Of a stretch of 8,360 nt of DNA, positions 6,800-8,360 are shown one piece after another; the first letter of the stretch is position 1; each line of letters opens with the position of its first letter. This stretch comes from Octopus sinensis (taxonomy: Eukaryota). Position numbers and translations under genes: made by a program. The DNA is taken from NCBI RefSeq assembly GCF_006345805.1, contig NW_021828462.1, positions 1 to 8,360 of the forward strand, written 5' to 3'. The notes under the pieces are model-generated. The model was not told where the DNA came from, did no database searches, and saw only the letters and a program-made list of their open reading frames with translations.

Positions 6800-6990
6800 G
6801 TTTGTAGTATATTCACAAGGCCACACGTTTTGAGTTATAAAAGGTGGTAGCGAGAGGCATCTAACAATCGATTATATCGATCCCACGAATGTGGGATTCT
6901 TATTTTATCGGTCCTGGAAGAATGAAAGGTAAAAATCGATCTTGGTAGGCCTTGAACTCAGAATGGATAAAGGGGCGTAGCTAACACGCT
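6800..6990 (-). mobile_element. SINE family A, strongly diverged copy
   Basis: cacaaggcc, atcgattatatcgatccca, ttttatcggtcctggaagaatgaaaggtaaaaatcgatcttgg, ttgaactcagaa. Confidence 0.65.
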
Positions 6991-7243
6991 GCAAGATTCT
7001 TTCAGTGCGTTTGCCTTTGCGGCAAGTATAATTAAAGTATGATAATGATGAGTTCATCTGTTGAAACAAGAAAGTAAATTTGTAGGCAGAGGAATGGCTA
7101 AGGTGGGAGGTTATTATCAATCAATCCACGAGGAGGAGAAAAAAGATGGAAGAAAAAATGCACGGCTGGTTTCGTTGGTGTATTTACTTCTAGCCATTTT
7201 CCTTAAAATAACACGAATATCAACAAGCCCTTTTATACATCAA

Positions 7244-7352
7244 CGTCAACACACAAAGACGCATGCACACACGCAGACATACACATGCACACACACACAC
7301 ATACACACACGCGCAGACATACACATGCACACACATATACACACACGTACAT
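7244..7352. repeat. Imperfect (CA)n microsatellite
   Basis: Direct reading. Confidence 0.93.
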
Positions 7353-7661
7353 ATATTCTCTTCCACTTCTGCTCTGTTCAAACTTCATTATGCTTAACTT
7401 TGGTGCGCCTCCAAAATGTTTCCTTTCCGCTGACACCAATAGGAACAACAATTTGTTTTCAATTCAATAGCCCCTTATATGTTCATGACCCTCACCCAGC
7501 TTTTCTTATATTAAATGATTCTCCTTCGACTCCTAATATACTCACTGAACTCTCCCTCAGCCATTTATACTCAGTGATTTACTCTCACCTTTAGCTCTTG
7601 AAATATCCACTGGTTCTCACTCATAATTCTGACTCTCCCGCAAACCCTGATTATAATTCCC

Positions 7662-7966
7662 TGATGAGGGTTCCAGTTGATTCGATCAACGGAACAGTCG
7701 GCTCGTGAAACTAATGTGCAAGCGGCTGAGCATTCTACAGACACGCGTGCCCTTAACGTAGTTCTCAGGGAGATTCATCGTGAAACAGAATGTGTCAAAG
7801 CTGGCATTTGCAATTACAGGTACTACTCAGTTTTGCCAGCTCAGTGAACGAGAACAGCGTGAAATAAAACTGTGTTGCTGAAGGACACAACATGTAGCCG
7901 GGAATACGAACTCACGACATTATGGTCGTCAGCCAAATACTCAAACCATTGAACCACACGCCTTCA
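7662..7966 (-). mobile_element. tRNA-derived SINE, family C (about 305 bp)
   Basis: Minus strand: head gtgaaggcgtgtggttcaatgg, A-box TGGTTCAATGG (7956-7946), B-box GAGTTCGTATTCCC (7913-7900), then gtgtccttcagcaacacag, and a 3' stem-loop at 7670-7695. Confidence 0.8.
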
Positions 7967-8094
7967 CTCCGACACTACATACTCCCTGAATCTACCTCAG
8001 TCCCTCATACACTCACGCTCACTTCTTGTTTTATCTATTGAGTCTTTCATTTAGTTTCATCTCACTTTTATCCTAAAGGTTTCACCCACTTTGT

Positions 8095-8275
8095 TTGTTT
8101 TTTCTTTCTTTCTTTCCTTCATCCGTTCTTTCTTTCCTTTTTTCTTTCTTTCATCCTTTCTTTTCTTCCTTCCTTTCTCCCTTTCTTTCTTCTTTCTTTC
8201 TTTCTTTTCTCCCTCCTTTTCTTTCGTTCCTTTCTCCTTTTCTTTCTCCCTTTCTTTTTCCTTCCTTTCTTTCTC

Positions 8276-8306
<31 letters not shown>

Positions 8307-8360
8307 TTCCTTTTTTCTTTCCTCTCTCTTTCTCCTCTTCGTCCCTTCTCTTCTCTTCTT
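8095..8360. repeat. Polypyrimidine (CTTT/CCTT)n low-complexity tract
   Basis: Almost purely C/T on the plus strand to the window end. Confidence 0.95.

Noticed and set aside
7061-7594. 177-aa ORF, the longest in the track
   Set aside because: Runs through the (CA)n tract (HT repeats) and AT-rich sequence; no recognisable domain.
7661-7711. CTGATGAG...GAAA hammerhead-like motif
   Set aside because: It is the antisense 3' end of SINE family C. GAAA is preceded by T rather than a C closing stem II, and there is no helix I/III with a cleavage triplet.

Overview
AT-rich, microsatellite-dense eukaryotic intergenic or intronic DNA, most likely from an octopus (my recollection of the SINE families, not a database match). 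There is no intact protein-coding gene, and nearly all tracked ORFs are translated microsatellites or SINEs. The window contains: (1) two decayed fragments of R4/Dong-like restriction-like-endonuclease (RLE) LINEs, an RT/thumb piece at 1-141 (-) that the ORF track missed and that abuts (TAA)n, and an RLE-domain plus 3'UTR piece at 3275-3712 (+) sitting between (TACA)n tracts; (2) a roughly 2 kb (TAA)n-delimited train of insertions, including two tandem copies of a 470-510 bp non-coding element; (3) three families of tRNA-headed SINEs, one of them in about 8 copies; (4) a tRNA-Lys(UUU)-like sequence at 4801-4896 (-) with a 21-nt insert at the canonical 37/38 intron site, probably a pseudogene; (5) a TA-embedded block with hammerhead-like core motifs in permuted order. 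I found no evidence of a new multi-gene system. The best leads are microsatellite-targeted retrotransposition and the intron-containing tRNA-Lys.
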